Positions 1-9,602 of a DNA stretch of 64,000 bases are shown here, piece by piece; position 1 is the first letter of the stretch; the number at the start of each line of letters is the position of its first letter. The notes below the pieces were generated by a model. It was not told the DNA's origin, did not search any database, and saw nothing but the letters and a program-made list of their open reading frames with translations. This DNA is from Acidobacteriota bacterium (lineage in GTDB: Bacteria; Acidobacteriota; Thermoanaerobaculia; Multivoradales; JAHEKO01): the NCBI GenBank assembly GCA_030597375.1, contig JAUVRX010000002.1:1015-65014 (forward strand), given 5' to 3'. The position numbers were made by a program, and so were the translations under genes.

Positions 1-1
1 G

Positions 2-295
2 CACCGCAATCCGCTGGTCGGTGTTGGTGAACAGGATCTCACCGCTCACGTGGACTTCACCGCCCTGATCGAAGAGGGTGAGAGGCAGGGACTCGAGACA
101 GTCGCGCTGACTCGCCAGGCTGCGTGGCTGACGAGTTGCGGGGTCTTCGAGGGCCTCGCCGAGGCCGCCCAGACCGTACGGCTGGAGGCGATGACGCTGC
201 TCGATCCCGACGGGATGGGCGAGGAGATCCGCGTCCTGGTGCAGGCTCGTGGGCTCGAGGGTACCGAGATTCTGGATCCAGGGCTGCTACTCTGA
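2..295 (+). CDS. Class I SAM-dependent methyltransferase, MidA/NDUFAF7 (DUF185) family, C-terminal fragment (5' end lies outside the window)
   Basis: The frame-2 reading from nt 2 gives HRNPLVGVGEQDLTAHVDFTALIEEGERQGLETVALTRQAAWL...GEEIRVLV. I recognise the DLTAHVDF(S/T)AL block and the tail as the C-terminus of MidA/NDUFAF7-type proteins. The ORF track only lists it from an internal GTG at 50. Confidence 0.65.
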   Translation, partial: HRNPLVGVGEQDLTAHVDFTALIEEGERQGLETVALTRQAAWLTSCGVFEGLAEAAQTVRLEAMTLLDPDGMGEEIRVLVQARGLEGTEILDPGLLL

Positions 296-360
296 TGGGC
301 GGGAGCGCTGTGATCGAGACACATCTGCGAGGGGGAGATTTCCGCCGCGAGTCGGGCTTC

Positions 361-388
361 TTGACACCCCTTGGACCTCCGATACAAT
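361..388 (+). promoter_or_regulatory. Candidate sigma-70 promoter of the nuo operon
   Basis: TTGACA (361-366), a 16-nt spacer, then TACAAT (383-388). An unusually AT-rich stretch (about 395-440) follows. The element lies about 160 nt upstream of the nuoA start. Confidence 0.5.
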
Positions 389-546
389 TACCGCGGTATT
401 TATTTTCCAGAAGAAAACATGCATTTCGAATCGAACACCTTCCAACTCGCCCCCATGGGGATCGGGGACTGAGAACCAGGGACGAGGAATCACTGATTAA
501 CGGATTGGGAACCACCATCAGGCAGCGGGCCTGAGACGAGCGTTCT

Positions 547-900
547 GTGGAAAGCTACCTCCCTATTTTCATCTTCCTGCTGGTCGTCATGGCGTTTCTG
601 GTCGTCGTGTTGGTCACCGCTCGGCTGTTGCGCCACGGCGGTGGCCGAACCCTGCGTGAGCCCTACGAATGTGGTAACGAGCCGATCACGCTGGCCCATG
701 ATTACCGATTCTCCATCCGCTACTACCTGATCGCGGTTCTGTTCGTCATCTTCGATGTAGAGACGATCTTCCTGTTTCCGTGGGCCGTGATGTTCGACGA
801 GTTGGCGCTGTTCGGCTTCATCGAGATGATGATCTTCTTGACCATTCTCATGGTCGGTTATGTCTACATCTGGCGGCGGGGGGCTTTGAATTGGGCCTGA
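547..900 (+). CDS. nuoA: NADH-quinone oxidoreductase subunit A
   Basis: 117 aa with 3 predicted TM helices. It carries PYECGNEP and [22 protein letters not shown], typical of NuoA/ND3. GTG start; first gene of the operon. Confidence 0.9.
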   Translation: MESYLPIFIFLLVVMAFLVVVLVTARLLRHGGGRTLREPYECGNEPITLAHDYRFSIRYYLIAVLFVIFDVETIFLFPWAVMFDELALFGFIEMMIFLTILMVGYVYIWRRGALNWA

Positions 901-1406
901 TGGACGGCGTCGAGGCCAACGTCCTGACGACGACCTACGACAAGGTCTTCAATTGGGCCCGTCGGTCGGCGATCTGGCCGATGCAGTTCGGCCTGGCCTG
1001 CTGTGCCATCGAGATGATGGCGACGCTCGATCCGAGGCACGACATGAGCCGATTTGGCGCCGAGGTCTTTCGGGGCACACCCCGGCAGTGCGATCTGATG
1101 ATCGTCGCCGGCACGGTGACCGAGAAGATGGCGCCCATCGTGCGACGTCTCTGGGACCTGATGCCGGAGCCCAAGTGGGCCCTTGCGATGGGTGCCTGTG
1201 CCACCTGCGGAGGCCCCTATCGCACGTACGCCGTAACCCAGGGCGTGGACAGGGTGATACCGGTAGATGTGTACGTCCCCGGCTGCCCGCCGAGGCCCGA
1301 GGCGTTGCTCTGGGGGCTCATGCATCTGCAGCGCAAGATCGACCGGATGACGGTGGCGAAGCCGAAGATGGACCCGGCGCCCAAGATCGGTGGTAAGGCG
1401 GAATGA
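900..1406 (+). CDS. nuoB: NADH-quinone oxidoreductase subunit B
   Basis: The ATG at 900 overlaps the nuoA stop codon. The N2-cluster cysteine motifs are present: [20 protein letters not shown] and VPGCPPRPE. The upstream part of the 780-1406 ORF overlaps nuoA and is not coding. Confidence 0.93.
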   Translation: MDGVEANVLTTTYDKVFNWARRSAIWPMQFGLACCAIEMMATLDPRHDMSRFGAEVFRGTPRQCDLMIVAGTVTEKMAPIVRRLWDLMPEPKWALAMGACATCGGPYRTYAVTQGVDRVIPVDVYVPGCPPRPEALLWGLMHLQRKIDRMTVAKPKMDPAPKIGGKAE

Positions 1407-2233
1407 GCGAGCGCCAGGACGACAAGCCGCAAGAGGGTCGCCCAACCGGGGACCAACCTGCGCCCGAAGCGCCGGACGAGACCAGGTCGGAGGCGCCAGC
1501 TACGCCGGATTCCGATTCGTCAGCAGCAGCAGCCGAGGCGGAGGCGGAGACCAAGGCCAAAGCGGCTGCCGCCAAGGCCAAGGCTGTCGCCGAGGCGGAG
1601 GCTCGAAAGGAGCCCTGGGAGCGCGATCCGGCAGCCCCAGAATGGCAGGAGGCTGAGAGTGACGGCCTCGTGGACGCCCTGAAGAGCAGCTTCGGGGAGG
1701 GTGTCCTGGCGGCGCGCACTTTCGCCGGTGAGCTGGTGCTCGAGATCGACAGACAGTCCATACGGGAGGTTGGCCGGAGCCTCAAGGAGGAGCACGGCTT
1801 CACCCTGTTGGTGGATATCTGCGGCGTTCACTATCCCGACCGCGATCAGGCTCCCTTCGAGGTTGTGTATCACCTGTACAACCTCGATCAGACGCGCCGC
1901 ATCCGGCTCAAGGTCGGTACCCAGGAGGGAATCGACGTGCCGTCTGTTGTCGCCGTCTGGAAGGGGGCAAACTGGCCGGAGAGGGAGGTCTACGACATGT
2001 ACGGCGTGCGGTTCGCCGAGCACCCGGACATGACCCGAATCCTGATGTGGGAGGGCTTCAACGGCCACCCCTTGCGGAAGGACTTCCCCGTGGAGGGAAT
2101 CGATACGGGGGCCGCTATCTATCCCGAGTTTTACGGTGACGAGGCGGGCCCGGTGGCTGGCACCGGCACCGGATGGAAACCGCCCGAGCCGCCGGAAGAC
2201 AAGCCGGAGGAGCCGGTGCCCGACGAGGCCTAG
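1403..2233 (+). CDS. nuoC: NADH-quinone oxidoreductase subunit C with low-complexity N- and C-terminal extensions
   Basis: ATGA overlap with the nuoB stop. The core reads [11 protein letters not shown]...[30 protein letters not shown]. The first ~85 aa are rich in A/E/P/K/D. Confidence 0.9.
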   Translation: MSERQDDKPQEGRPTGDQPAPEAPDETRSEAPATPDSDSSAAAAEAEAETKAKAAAAKAKAVAEAEARKEPWERDPAAPEWQEAESDGLVDALKSSFGEGVLAARTFAGELVLEIDRQSIREVGRSLKEEHGFTLLVDICGVHYPDRDQAPFEVVYHLYNLDQTRRIRLKVGTQEGIDVPSVVAVWKGANWPEREVYDMYGVRFAEHPDMTRILMWEGFNGHPLRKDFPVEGIDTGAAIYPEFYGDEAGPVAGTGTGWKPPEPPEDKPEEPVPDEA

Positions 2234-2260
2234 GTTCCTGGGCGAGGCACGAGAGGACAC

Positions 2261-3400
2261 ATGGTAGAAGTCGACAGCTCTGATCTGTCCCGCGACACCC
2301 TGTTCGGTGTCGAGGAGATGGAGATCAACTTCGGCCCCCAGCACCCGGCCACCCACGGTGTGCTACGTCTGAAGCTCAAAGTGGACGGCGAGCGGATCGT
2401 CGACTGCTACCCGGTGATCGGCTATTTGCACCGTGGCACCGAGAAGCTCTTCGAGCTCCATCCCTTCTTCCAGAACGTACCCCACACCGATCGCCTGGAC
2501 TACGTGGCCGCGGCCACGAACAACCTGGCCTACGTCGGCGCGGTGGAAAAGCTGCTGGGCATCGTGGTGCCGCCTCGGGCCAGCTACATCCGCACGCTTC
2601 TGTCGGAGCTACAGCGCATTTCCAGTCATCTTCTCTGGTTGGCGACGCACGCTATCGACATCGGCGCCATGACGCCCTTCTTCTACACCTTTCGGGAGAG
2701 GGAGGTCGTCCTCGATCTCTTCGAGGAGTACTGTGGCGCTCGGTTGACCCTCAACTGCATGCGACCAGGCGGGCAGCCGTATGACCTACCTGTCGGTTGG
2801 GTGGAGCGCTGCGCCGAGTTCGTCGGCGGCTTTCCCGAGAAGATCGACGAGTACGAAGGGCTGCTGACCGAGAACCGGATCTGGAAGAAGAGGACCGTCG
2901 GCATCGGCATCCTGTCGCCCGAGATGGCGCTGGACTATGCAGTGACCGGTCCGATGCTGCGTGGCAGCGGCATCGGGTTGGATGTTCGCAAGGCGATGCC
3001 CTACGAGATGTACGATCAGATGGACTTCGACGTCCCGGTGTTCTACAACTGCGATACCTACGACCGCTACCTGGTTCGTATGGAGGAGATGCGCCAGTCG
3101 GTTCGGATCGTCCAGCAGTGTCTCGAGAAGCTTCCGGAGGGGCCGCTCATGGCCAAGCGCCCGCGCGTGCTGAAGGCGCCCAAAGAGGGCGACGTCTATC
3201 ACGCCGTAGAAGCTCCGAAGGGAGAGATCGGCTTCTATATCGTCGGCGACGGCACGCCGAACCCTCATCGTTGTCGGGGCCGGCCACCGTCGTTCTACAA
3301 CATTCAGGTGCTGCCAGAGATGGTCGTCGGCGGCCGCATCGCCGACCTGATTGCTGTCATCGGTACCACCGACGTCGTTCTCGGCGCGGTGGATCGATGA
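2261..3400 (+). CDS. nuoD: NADH-quinone oxidoreductase subunit D
   Basis: The sequence contains INFGPQHPATHGVLRL and IGYLHRGTEKL, and ends ...AVIGTTDVVLGAVDR. These are the classic 49-kDa subunit motifs. Confidence 0.95.
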   Translation: MVEVDSSDLSRDTLFGVEEMEINFGPQHPATHGVLRLKLKVDGERIVDCYPVIGYLHRGTEKLFELHPFFQNVPHTDRLDYVAAATNNLAYVGAVEKLLGIVVPPRASYIRTLLSELQRISSHLLWLATHAIDIGAMTPFFYTFREREVVLDLFEEYCGARLTLNCMRPGGQPYDLPVGWVERCAEFVGGFPEKIDEYEGLLTENRIWKKRTVGIGILSPEMALDYAVTGPMLRGSGIGLDVRKAMPYEMYDQMDFDVPVFYNCDTYDRYLVRMEEMRQSVRIVQQCLEKLPEGPLMAKRPRVLKAPKEGDVYHAVEAPKGEIGFYIVGDGTPNPHRCRGRPPSFYNIQVLPEMVVGGRIADLIAVIGTTDVVLGAVDR

Positions 3401-3419
3401 GGACGGGGCGGAGAGTCTG

Positions 3420-4493
3420 ATGGTCGAGTTTTTTGGCGAGACGCTGTACGTCTACGCGGTGGTACCGTTTCTCAAGATCATCGCGGCGATCGTCGTCGTG
3501 CTCACGATCATTGCCTACACGACCTTCGCCGAGCGCAAGATCCTGGGTTTCCTCCAGGTTCGCATGGGGCCGAATCGGGTGGGGCCCTGGGGCCTGTTGC
3601 AGCCGATCGCGGACGTCGTCAAGCTCCTCGGCAAGGAGGACGTGATCCCGAATCGCGCCGTCGTATGGGCCTATGTGCTGGCTCCCTGCCTGGTCGTCGG
3701 GCCCGCCCTGCTCATCCTGTCAGTGATTCCCTTCGGGCCGCCGTCCAGCGCGGGTCCGGCTTCCAGTTGGTTCATCACCGATGTCAATGTCGGACTGCTG
3801 CTGGTGGTGGCCATAGCCTCCATCGGAGTGTACGGGCTGTTACTCGGGGGCTGGGCCTCCAATAACAAATTCTCCATGATGGGCGGACTGCGAGCGGCCG
3901 CCCAGATGATCTCGTACGAGGTTCCGCAGGGCTTCTCGCTGGTGGTGCCACTGTTGATGGCCGGCACGCTTTCGTTGGTCGGAATCGTCGAAGCTCAACT
4001 GACGCAGGGTCGCTGGTTCATCTTCGGATTCTTCCCCTTCGGCCTACTGGCCTTCTTCATCTATTTCGTCTCCGGAGTCGCCGAGTCCAACCGCAACCCC
4101 TTCGACCTGCCCGAGGCCGAATCCGAGCTGGTGGCCGGATTCCACACGGAGTACAGCGGTATGCGTTTTGCCCTGTTCTTCCTGGGCGAGTACGCTAATA
4201 TGATCGTGATTTCGGCGGTGGCAGTGACCCTGTTCCTGGGCGGTTGGTTGCGTCCTTTCCCGAATCTCGAGTGGCTGTCGTTTCTGGATCTGGGTTTCCT
4301 GCCGCCAGGTCTGGCCGGGTTCCTGTGGTTCCTGATCAAGCTACTGGTCTTCTTGTTCGTCTACATCTGGTTTCGCGGGACCTTCCCGCGGTACCGCTTC
4401 GATCAACTCATGGATCTCGGGTGGAAGTGGTTGATTCCCGCCGCGCTGCTCGCTGTAGTGGCCACCTCGATCTGGAAGGTTGCTCTCCTCTAG
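3420..4493 (+). CDS. nuoH: NADH-quinone oxidoreductase subunit H
   Basis: The ATG at 3420 is in frame within the 3351-4493 ORF and lies 20 nt after the nuoD stop. The sequence contains ERKILGFLQVRMGPNRVGPWGLLQPIADVVKL and is polytopic. Confidence 0.93.
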   Translation: MVEFFGETLYVYAVVPFLKIIAAIVVVLTIIAYTTFAERKILGFLQVRMGPNRVGPWGLLQPIADVVKLLGKEDVIPNRAVVWAYVLAPCLVVGPALLILSVIPFGPPSSAGPASSWFITDVNVGLLLVVAIASIGVYGLLLGGWASNNKFSMMGGLRAAAQMISYEVPQGFSLVVPLLMAGTLSLVGIVEAQLTQGRWFIFGFFPFGLLAFFIYFVSGVAESNRNPFDLPEAESELVAGFHTEYSGMRFALFFLGEYANMIVISAVAVTLFLGGWLRPFPNLEWLSFLDLGFLPPGLAGFLWFLIKLLVFLFVYIWFRGTFPRYRFDQLMDLGWKWLIPAALLAVVATSIWKVALL

Positions 4494-4501
4494 GCGACGT
4501 C

Positions 4502-4981
4502 ATGAGCTGGATCAAGCGCTTCCTGGACAAGATACTGCTGCTCGACCTGTTCGCCGGTCTGGGTATCACGTTCCGGCACCTCCTGAAGAAGAAGGTGACG
4601 GTACAGTACCCGGAAGAGCGCATGGAGCCGGCGCACCGCTTCCGGGGCATGTTTCGGCTCGACGAAGAGCGCTGCATCAAGTGCACGCTCTGTGCCAGGG
4701 ATTGCCCCATCGACATCATCTACATCGATTGGCACCAGGAAGTGAATCCGGAGACGGAGAAGAAGGAGAAGCTGCTGGATCGCTTCGACATCGACATTCA
4801 GCGGTGCATGTTCTGTGGCCTGTGCGAAGAGGCCTGTCCTACCAACCCGAAGTCGATCTGGTTGACCAGCAAGACCTATGAGCTGGCGAGCTACGAGCGG
4901 TGGCAGAACCTCTACGTCGACAAAGCAGAGTTGGAGGGCTGGAGAGTCCGGCCCGCCTATACGGATGACGAGATCGTCTGA
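4502..4981 (+). CDS. nuoI: NADH-quinone oxidoreductase subunit I (2x[4Fe-4S])
   Basis: The ATG at 4502 follows the nuoH stop. There are two ferredoxin motifs, CIKCTLCARDCP and CMFCGLCEEACP. Confidence 0.93.
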   Translation: MSWIKRFLDKILLLDLFAGLGITFRHLLKKKVTVQYPEERMEPAHRFRGMFRLDEERCIKCTLCARDCPIDIIYIDWHQEVNPETEKKEKLLDRFDIDIQRCMFCGLCEEACPTNPKSIWLTSKTYELASYERWQNLYVDKAELEGWRVRPAYTDDEIV

Positions 4982-5001
4982 TCGGGAGATGAGCGTCTGA
5001 C

Positions 5002-5535
5002 ATGGATTTCTTGCTGGTCAACGGCACCGCGCTGCTGTTCTACCTCTTCGCCGCACTAGCCGTGCTGTCTGCGATCCTGGTGGTCAGCTCGCGCAACCCA
5101 TTGCATTCGGCGTTCGCGCTTCTGGTCTCGTTCCTGGCGGTGGCCGGTCTGTTTTTTCTGCGCCACGCCGAGTTTCTGGCAGTCGTACAGATCTTCGTCT
5201 ACGGCGGCGGCATCATGGTGCTGTTTCTGTTCGTCATCATGCTGGTCAATCTGCATCGACTGCAGGACGCGAAGATCTACGGAATGCAGTGGCCGGCGGC
5301 ACTGCTGCTGGCGGTGTTGTTCATCGGACTGGTTAGCTGGGTAGTGGCCGGCGTCCAGTTCTCGCCGGCCAACCTCTCACCCGCCGCTCTCGTCAGCATC
5401 GATGGCGAGGTCGTGGGCAATGTGGAGGCCGTGGCGTGGCAGCTCTACCAGCAATACCTGTTGCCGTTCGAGATCGCGTCGCTCTTCCTACTGGTAGCGA
5501 TGATTGGCGCCGTGGTCCTGGCGCGCACGGAGTGA
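5002..5535 (+). CDS. nuoJ: NADH-quinone oxidoreductase subunit J
   Basis: 177 aa and hydrophobic. The motif VVQIFVYGGGIMVLFLFVIML and its operon position fit NuoJ/ND6. Confidence 0.88.
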   Translation: MDFLLVNGTALLFYLFAALAVLSAILVVSSRNPLHSAFALLVSFLAVAGLFFLRHAEFLAVVQIFVYGGGIMVLFLFVIMLVNLHRLQDAKIYGMQWPAALLLAVLFIGLVSWVVAGVQFSPANLSPAALVSIDGEVVGNVEAVAWQLYQQYLLPFEIASLFLLVAMIGAVVLARTE

Positions 5536-5592
5536 TCGAGGGTATGAATACTGTACCCTGCGGTTCGATGGAGCAACGAAAAGAGAATTCCC

Positions 5593-5901
5593 ATGCTTGA
5601 GATCACCACCAGCCACTATGTGGTGTTGAGCGCCATGCTCTTCGTCATCGGCCTGGTCGGAATCCTGACGCGGCGCAACATGATTGTGGTCCTGATGTCG
5701 ATCGAGTTGGTGTTGAATTCGGTCACTCTCAACCTGGCGGCCTTTTCCTATCAGCACTCGGATCTCACCGGTCAGATACTCGCTCTCTTCGTCATCGTGG
5801 TGGCCGCTGGAGAGGCTGCGGTCGGCCTGGCCATCCTCGTCGCGTTGTATCGCTTGCGGGGAACCACCGACCTGGAGCAGGCTTCGGAGCTGAAGGGGTA
5901 G
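5593..5901 (+). CDS. nuoK: NADH-quinone oxidoreductase subunit K
   Basis: 102 aa with 3 TM helices. The sequence contains MSIELVLNSVTLNL and VVAAGEAAVGLAILV. Confidence 0.9.
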   Translation: MLEITTSHYVVLSAMLFVIGLVGILTRRNMIVVLMSIELVLNSVTLNLAAFSYQHSDLTGQILALFVIVVAAGEAAVGLAILVALYRLRGTTDLEQASELKG

Positions 5902-5907
5902 CGGACG

Positions 5908-7980
5908 ATGCAAGCGCTTTGGCTGATCCCGCTCTTGCCCTTCCTGGGGGCCTTTCTCAATGGCGTGGTGTTGAGGAACCGGGCCTCCAGGCCGGTAGTT
6001 ACGGGCATCGCGGTCGGTAGTGTCGGTCTGACGTCGGCTCTGGCCCTCTTCTATGTGATCCCGAGCTACCTTCGAAGCGCCGAGTACGCTGCCGGACATG
6101 GCTTCGAGCAGGTGCTCTGGGTCTGGCTGCCGGCCGGAGCCCTGAAGCTCACGAGTGGTGTGTTTGCCGATTTCACCGTCGATTTCGCCTTTCTGCTGGA
6201 CCCACTCTCGGCAGTCATGATCTTCGTCGTCACGTTCGTAGGTTTCTGGATTCACGTCTACTCGGTCGGGTACATGGGGCACGAGGAGGGTTATCAGAGA
6301 TATTTCGCCTACCTGAACCTCTTCATGGGGGCGATGCTGCTGCTCGTGCTGGGGAACAACTTCCTGGTCATGTTCATCGGCTGGGAGGGTGTAGGCCTCT
6401 GCTCCTATCTGCTCATCGGCTATTACTACAAGGAGGAGTTCCCTCCCTTTGCCGGCCGCAAGGCGTTTATCGTCAATCGAATCGGCGATGCCGGATTCCT
6501 CATGGCCCTCTTCGCCCTGGCGGCGACCTTCGGCACTCTGCGGTATACGGAGATCTTCTCCCAGGTGGCCGAGAACCCTGCAATCCTGCAATCGCCGTTT
6601 GCCATGGGATTGACGTTGGCGAGCTTTGTAGCGCTCTTCCTATTCGTCGGGGCTACCGGAAAGAGTGCCCAGATTCCGCTGTACGTCTGGTTGCCCGATG
6701 CCATGGCGGGCCCGACGCCGGTCTCGGCTCTGATTCACGCCGCCACCATGGTGACGGCGGGCGTCTACATGGTCGCACGGGCCAATATCGTCTATCAACT
6801 GGCGCCGGGAGTCTCCGGTGTGGTGGCGGTCATAGGCTGTTTGACGGCGATCTTCGCAGCCACGATCGCGTTGGCTCAGACCGACATCAAGAAGGTGCTG
6901 GCCTACTCCACGGTCTCCCAGTTGGGCTATATGTTCCTGGCCGCCGGAGTCGGGGCCTACTCGGTGGCGATCTTCCACCTCATGACTCACGCCTTCTTCA
7001 AGGGCCTGCTCTTCCTGGGCTCCGGGTCGGTGATTCACGCCGTCGGTGGTGAGCAGGACATGCGCCGCATGGGTGGGCTGCGCAAGATGCTGCCGGTGAC
7101 CTACTGGACCTTCGTCGCAGGAACCATGGCGATCTCCGGTGTTCCGATCCTGTCCGGGTTCGTCAGCAAGGACCAGATCCTGGCGGCGGCCTTCGAGAGT
7201 CACAAGATCCTCTGGGTCGTGGGCCTGATGACCGCAGGGCTGACAGCCTTCTACATGTTCCGCCTCCTCTACATGACCTTTCATGGCGAGTTCAGGGGAA
7301 CACAGGAAGAGCGGCAGCATGTTCACGAATCGCCGCCGGTGATGACCCTGCCGCTGATCGTGCTCGCCATCGGCGCAGTGATCTCCGGCTGGGTCGGTCT
7401 TCCGCGGTTGGGCGAGTGGGACTGGAACTGGTTCGGTCGCTTCCTGGAACCGGTAGTCCATACGGTGGGTGGGCACAGCGAGGCGCATCATGCCAGCGTC
7501 GGCCTCGAGCTCACGCTGATGGCGCTCTCGGTGGCGGTCGCCGCCATCGGTATCTTCTTCGCTTGGCGAACCTACGGTGGGGCCCAGGGGTTGGTAGCCG
7601 GCGAGCGGTGGGCGCTGCGATTTCCCGGCTTGCATCGCCTGCTGGTCAACAAGTACTACGTCGACGAGCTTTACGACGCCACCGTGGTGCGAGGCACGTG
7701 GGCCACGGCTCGCGACCTGTTTCGTTTCGACGCCGGGTTTATCGATGGCTTCCTGGTCAACGGCTCGCGCAATGTGACCGTTGCCGCCGCCTACCTGTCG
7801 GGGTTTTTCGACAAGTACGTGGTCGATGGATTGGTGAATCTCATAGGCTGGATCCTGCAGCTCGGATCGCGGGTCTTCCGTCGTTTGCAGACCGGAGTGG
7901 TCTCCCAGTACGCCATGGTGATCGCGGTTGGGATGTTCGTCCTGGTCTTTTTCTATGTCGTGGTTGCCCTGCAGAGTTAG
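5908..7980 (+). CDS. nuoL: NADH-quinone oxidoreductase subunit L (antiporter-like)
   Basis: 690 aa. The sequence contains FIGWEGVGLCSYLLIGYY, SAQIPLYVWLPDAMAGPTPVSALIHAATMVTAGVY and a C-terminal amphipathic/TM extension. Confidence 0.93.
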   Translation: MQALWLIPLLPFLGAFLNGVVLRNRASRPVVTGIAVGSVGLTSALALFYVIPSYLRSAEYAAGHGFEQVLWVWLPAGALKLTSGVFADFTVDFAFLLDPLSAVMIFVVTFVGFWIHVYSVGYMGHEEGYQRYFAYLNLFMGAMLLLVLGNNFLVMFIGWEGVGLCSYLLIGYYYKEEFPPFAGRKAFIVNRIGDAGFLMALFALAATFGTLRYTEIFSQVAENPAILQSPFAMGLTLASFVALFLFVGATGKSAQIPLYVWLPDAMAGPTPVSALIHAATMVTAGVYMVARANIVYQLAPGVSGVVAVIGCLTAIFAATIALAQTDIKKVLAYSTVSQLGYMFLAAGVGAYSVAIFHLMTHAFFKGLLFLGSGSVIHAVGGEQDMRRMGGLRKMLPVTYWTFVAGTMAISGVPILSGFVSKDQILAAAFESHKILWVVGLMTAGLTAFYMFRLLYMTFHGEFRGTQEERQHVHESPPVMTLPLIVLAIGAVISGWVGLPRLGEWDWNWFGRFLEPVVHTVGGHSEAHHASVGLELTLMALSVAVAAIGIFFAWRTYGGAQGLVAGERWALRFPGLHRLLVNKYYVDELYDATVVRGTWATARDLFRFDAGFIDGFLVNGSRNVTVAAAYLSGFFDKYVVDGLVNLIGWILQLGSRVFRRLQTGVVSQYAMVIAVGMFVLVFFYVVVALQS

Positions 7981-7999
7981 GTGAGAACGAGGGAAAGTC

Positions 8000-9598
8000 A
8001 TGTTCGACTGGGTGCTTCAGATTCCGATTCTCAGCGTCATTTGCTACCTGCCCCTGGCAGGAGCGGTGATCATCATGTTGTTCATGCGGGGTACCAACGG
8101 TGCCGCGATCCGACGCTTCGCCACCATGGTGGTCGCCGTCGACTTCGTGGTCTCGATACCGCTTTGGTTCGCTTTCCAGCGGCAGGGTGAGCTCTTCCAG
8201 TTTCGGGAGAGCGCCAACTGGATCGAGGCTATCGGTGCGCGCTACGAGTTCGGGATCGACGGCATCGCCCTCTTGTTGGTGTTGTTGACCACCTTTCTGG
8301 GGGTGGCCGCATTCTTGTCGTCCTGGAGCGCCATCCGGGAGAGGGAGAAGGAGTACTACATCTTCATGCTGCTCTTGCAGACCGGCATGTTGGGCGTCTT
8401 CATGGCGATGGACTTCTTCCTGTTCTATGTCTTCTGGGAGGTCATGCTGGTGCCCATGTACTTCCTGATCGGAATCTGGGGAGGACCACGCAAGCTCTAC
8501 GCGGCGATCAAGTTCTTCCTCTACACCCTGGTCGGCTCGGTGCTCATGCTGCTCGGCATCCTGGCTTTGTACTTCTACAACAGCACCGGCCTGCTGGGTT
8601 GGGGAGGTCTGGGTAACCCGCACAGCTTCTTCATCCCACAGTTTCACGAGATCTCTTCGCAGATCCCACCCGATCTACAGTTCTGGATCTTCCTGGTGTT
8701 CTTCATCGGCTTCGCCATCAAAGTGCCGATGTTCCCCTTCCATACATGGTTGCCCGATGCGCACGTAGAAGCGCCGACGGCTGGCTCGGTCATCCTGGCC
8801 GGTGTCTTGTTGAAGATGGGAACCTACGGCTTCGTCCGCTTCTCGCTGCCGATTCTTCCCGCAGCGACGATGCGGCTGATGCCCTGGCTGGCGGGGTTGG
8901 CCATCGTCGGAATCCTCTACGGTGCCCTGGTGGCCATGGCGCAGAAGGACATGAAAAAGCTGGTGGCCTATTCATCGGTGAGCCATCTGGGCTTCGTGAT
9001 GCTGGGAGTCTTCGCCGTCAACACCGCCGGCCTCAACGGCGGCGTGCTGCAGATGATCAATCACGGGCTCTCTACAGGCGCACTCTTCCTCCTGGTCGGC
9101 GTCATCTACGAGCGACGGCACACGCGAATGATCGCGGACTATGGCGGCATCTCATCCGAGATGCCGATGTTCGCCACGGTCTTCATGGTCATCACGCTGG
9201 CATCCATCGGCCTGCCGACGCTGAATGGTTTCATCGGCGAGTTCACGATTCTGGTCGGCGCTTTCAATCGAACATGGTGGTGGGCCCTGCTGGCGGTCAT
9301 CGGAATCGTGTTGGGGGCCGCCTACATGCTCTGGATGTACCAGCGTGTCTTCTTCGGGCCGCTCAGGAATCCGGAGAACAAGGGTCTCGATGATCTCAAC
9401 GGTCGAGAGCTTGCCTACCTCTTGCCGATCGTCTTTGTGTGTTTCTGGATCGGCCTCTATCCGAAGCCCTTCTTCGAGATCATGGAAAAGCCGGTGGACT
9501 ACATCGTCCGCAAGGTGGATCCCGAGTACGCCGCAACGGTGACGGCTGGCGACCAGACTACCGTCGAGGCCAATCGGGTGGCCGAGGTCGAGGACTAG
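8000..9598 (+). CDS. nuoM: NADH-quinone oxidoreductase subunit M
   Basis: 532 aa. The sequence contains KVPMFPFHTWLPDAHVEAPTAGSVILAGVLLKMGTYG. Confidence 0.93.
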   Translation: MFDWVLQIPILSVICYLPLAGAVIIMLFMRGTNGAAIRRFATMVVAVDFVVSIPLWFAFQRQGELFQFRESANWIEAIGARYEFGIDGIALLLVLLTTFLGVAAFLSSWSAIREREKEYYIFMLLLQTGMLGVFMAMDFFLFYVFWEVMLVPMYFLIGIWGGPRKLYAAIKFFLYTLVGSVLMLLGILALYFYNSTGLLGWGGLGNPHSFFIPQFHEISSQIPPDLQFWIFLVFFIGFAIKVPMFPFHTWLPDAHVEAPTAGSVILAGVLLKMGTYGFVRFSLPILPAATMRLMPWLAGLAIVGILYGALVAMAQKDMKKLVAYSSVSHLGFVMLGVFAVNTAGLNGGVLQMINHGLSTGALFLLVGVIYERRHTRMIADYGGISSEMPMFATVFMVITLASIGLPTLNGFIGEFTILVGAFNRTWWWALLAVIGIVLGAAYMLWMYQRVFFGPLRNPENKGLDDLNGRELAYLLPIVFVCFWIGLYPKPFFEIMEKPVDYIVRKVDPEYAATVTAGDQTTVEANRVAEVED

Positions 9599-9602
9599 CT
9601 AG

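Noticed and set aside
419-472. A 17-codon uORF (MHFESNTFQLAPMGIGD) in the nuoA leader.
   Set aside because: It has no convincing Shine-Dalgarno sequence and no basis for conservation. It could be tested by Ribo-seq, but I do not call it.
5536-5592. A small hairpin (AGGGTA-N9-TACCCT) in the nuoJ-nuoK gap.
   Set aside because: It is only a 6-bp stem with no U-tract, and the operon clearly continues. At most it is an mRNA-stability element, with insufficient evidence.
5488-8647. Long minus-strand ORFs (5488-6591, 6640-8001, 7841-8647) opposite nuoK, nuoL and nuoM.
   Set aside because: Their H/D/E/Q/R-rich translations are typical of antisense to membrane-protein genes. The plus-strand genes have unmistakable Nuo motifs.
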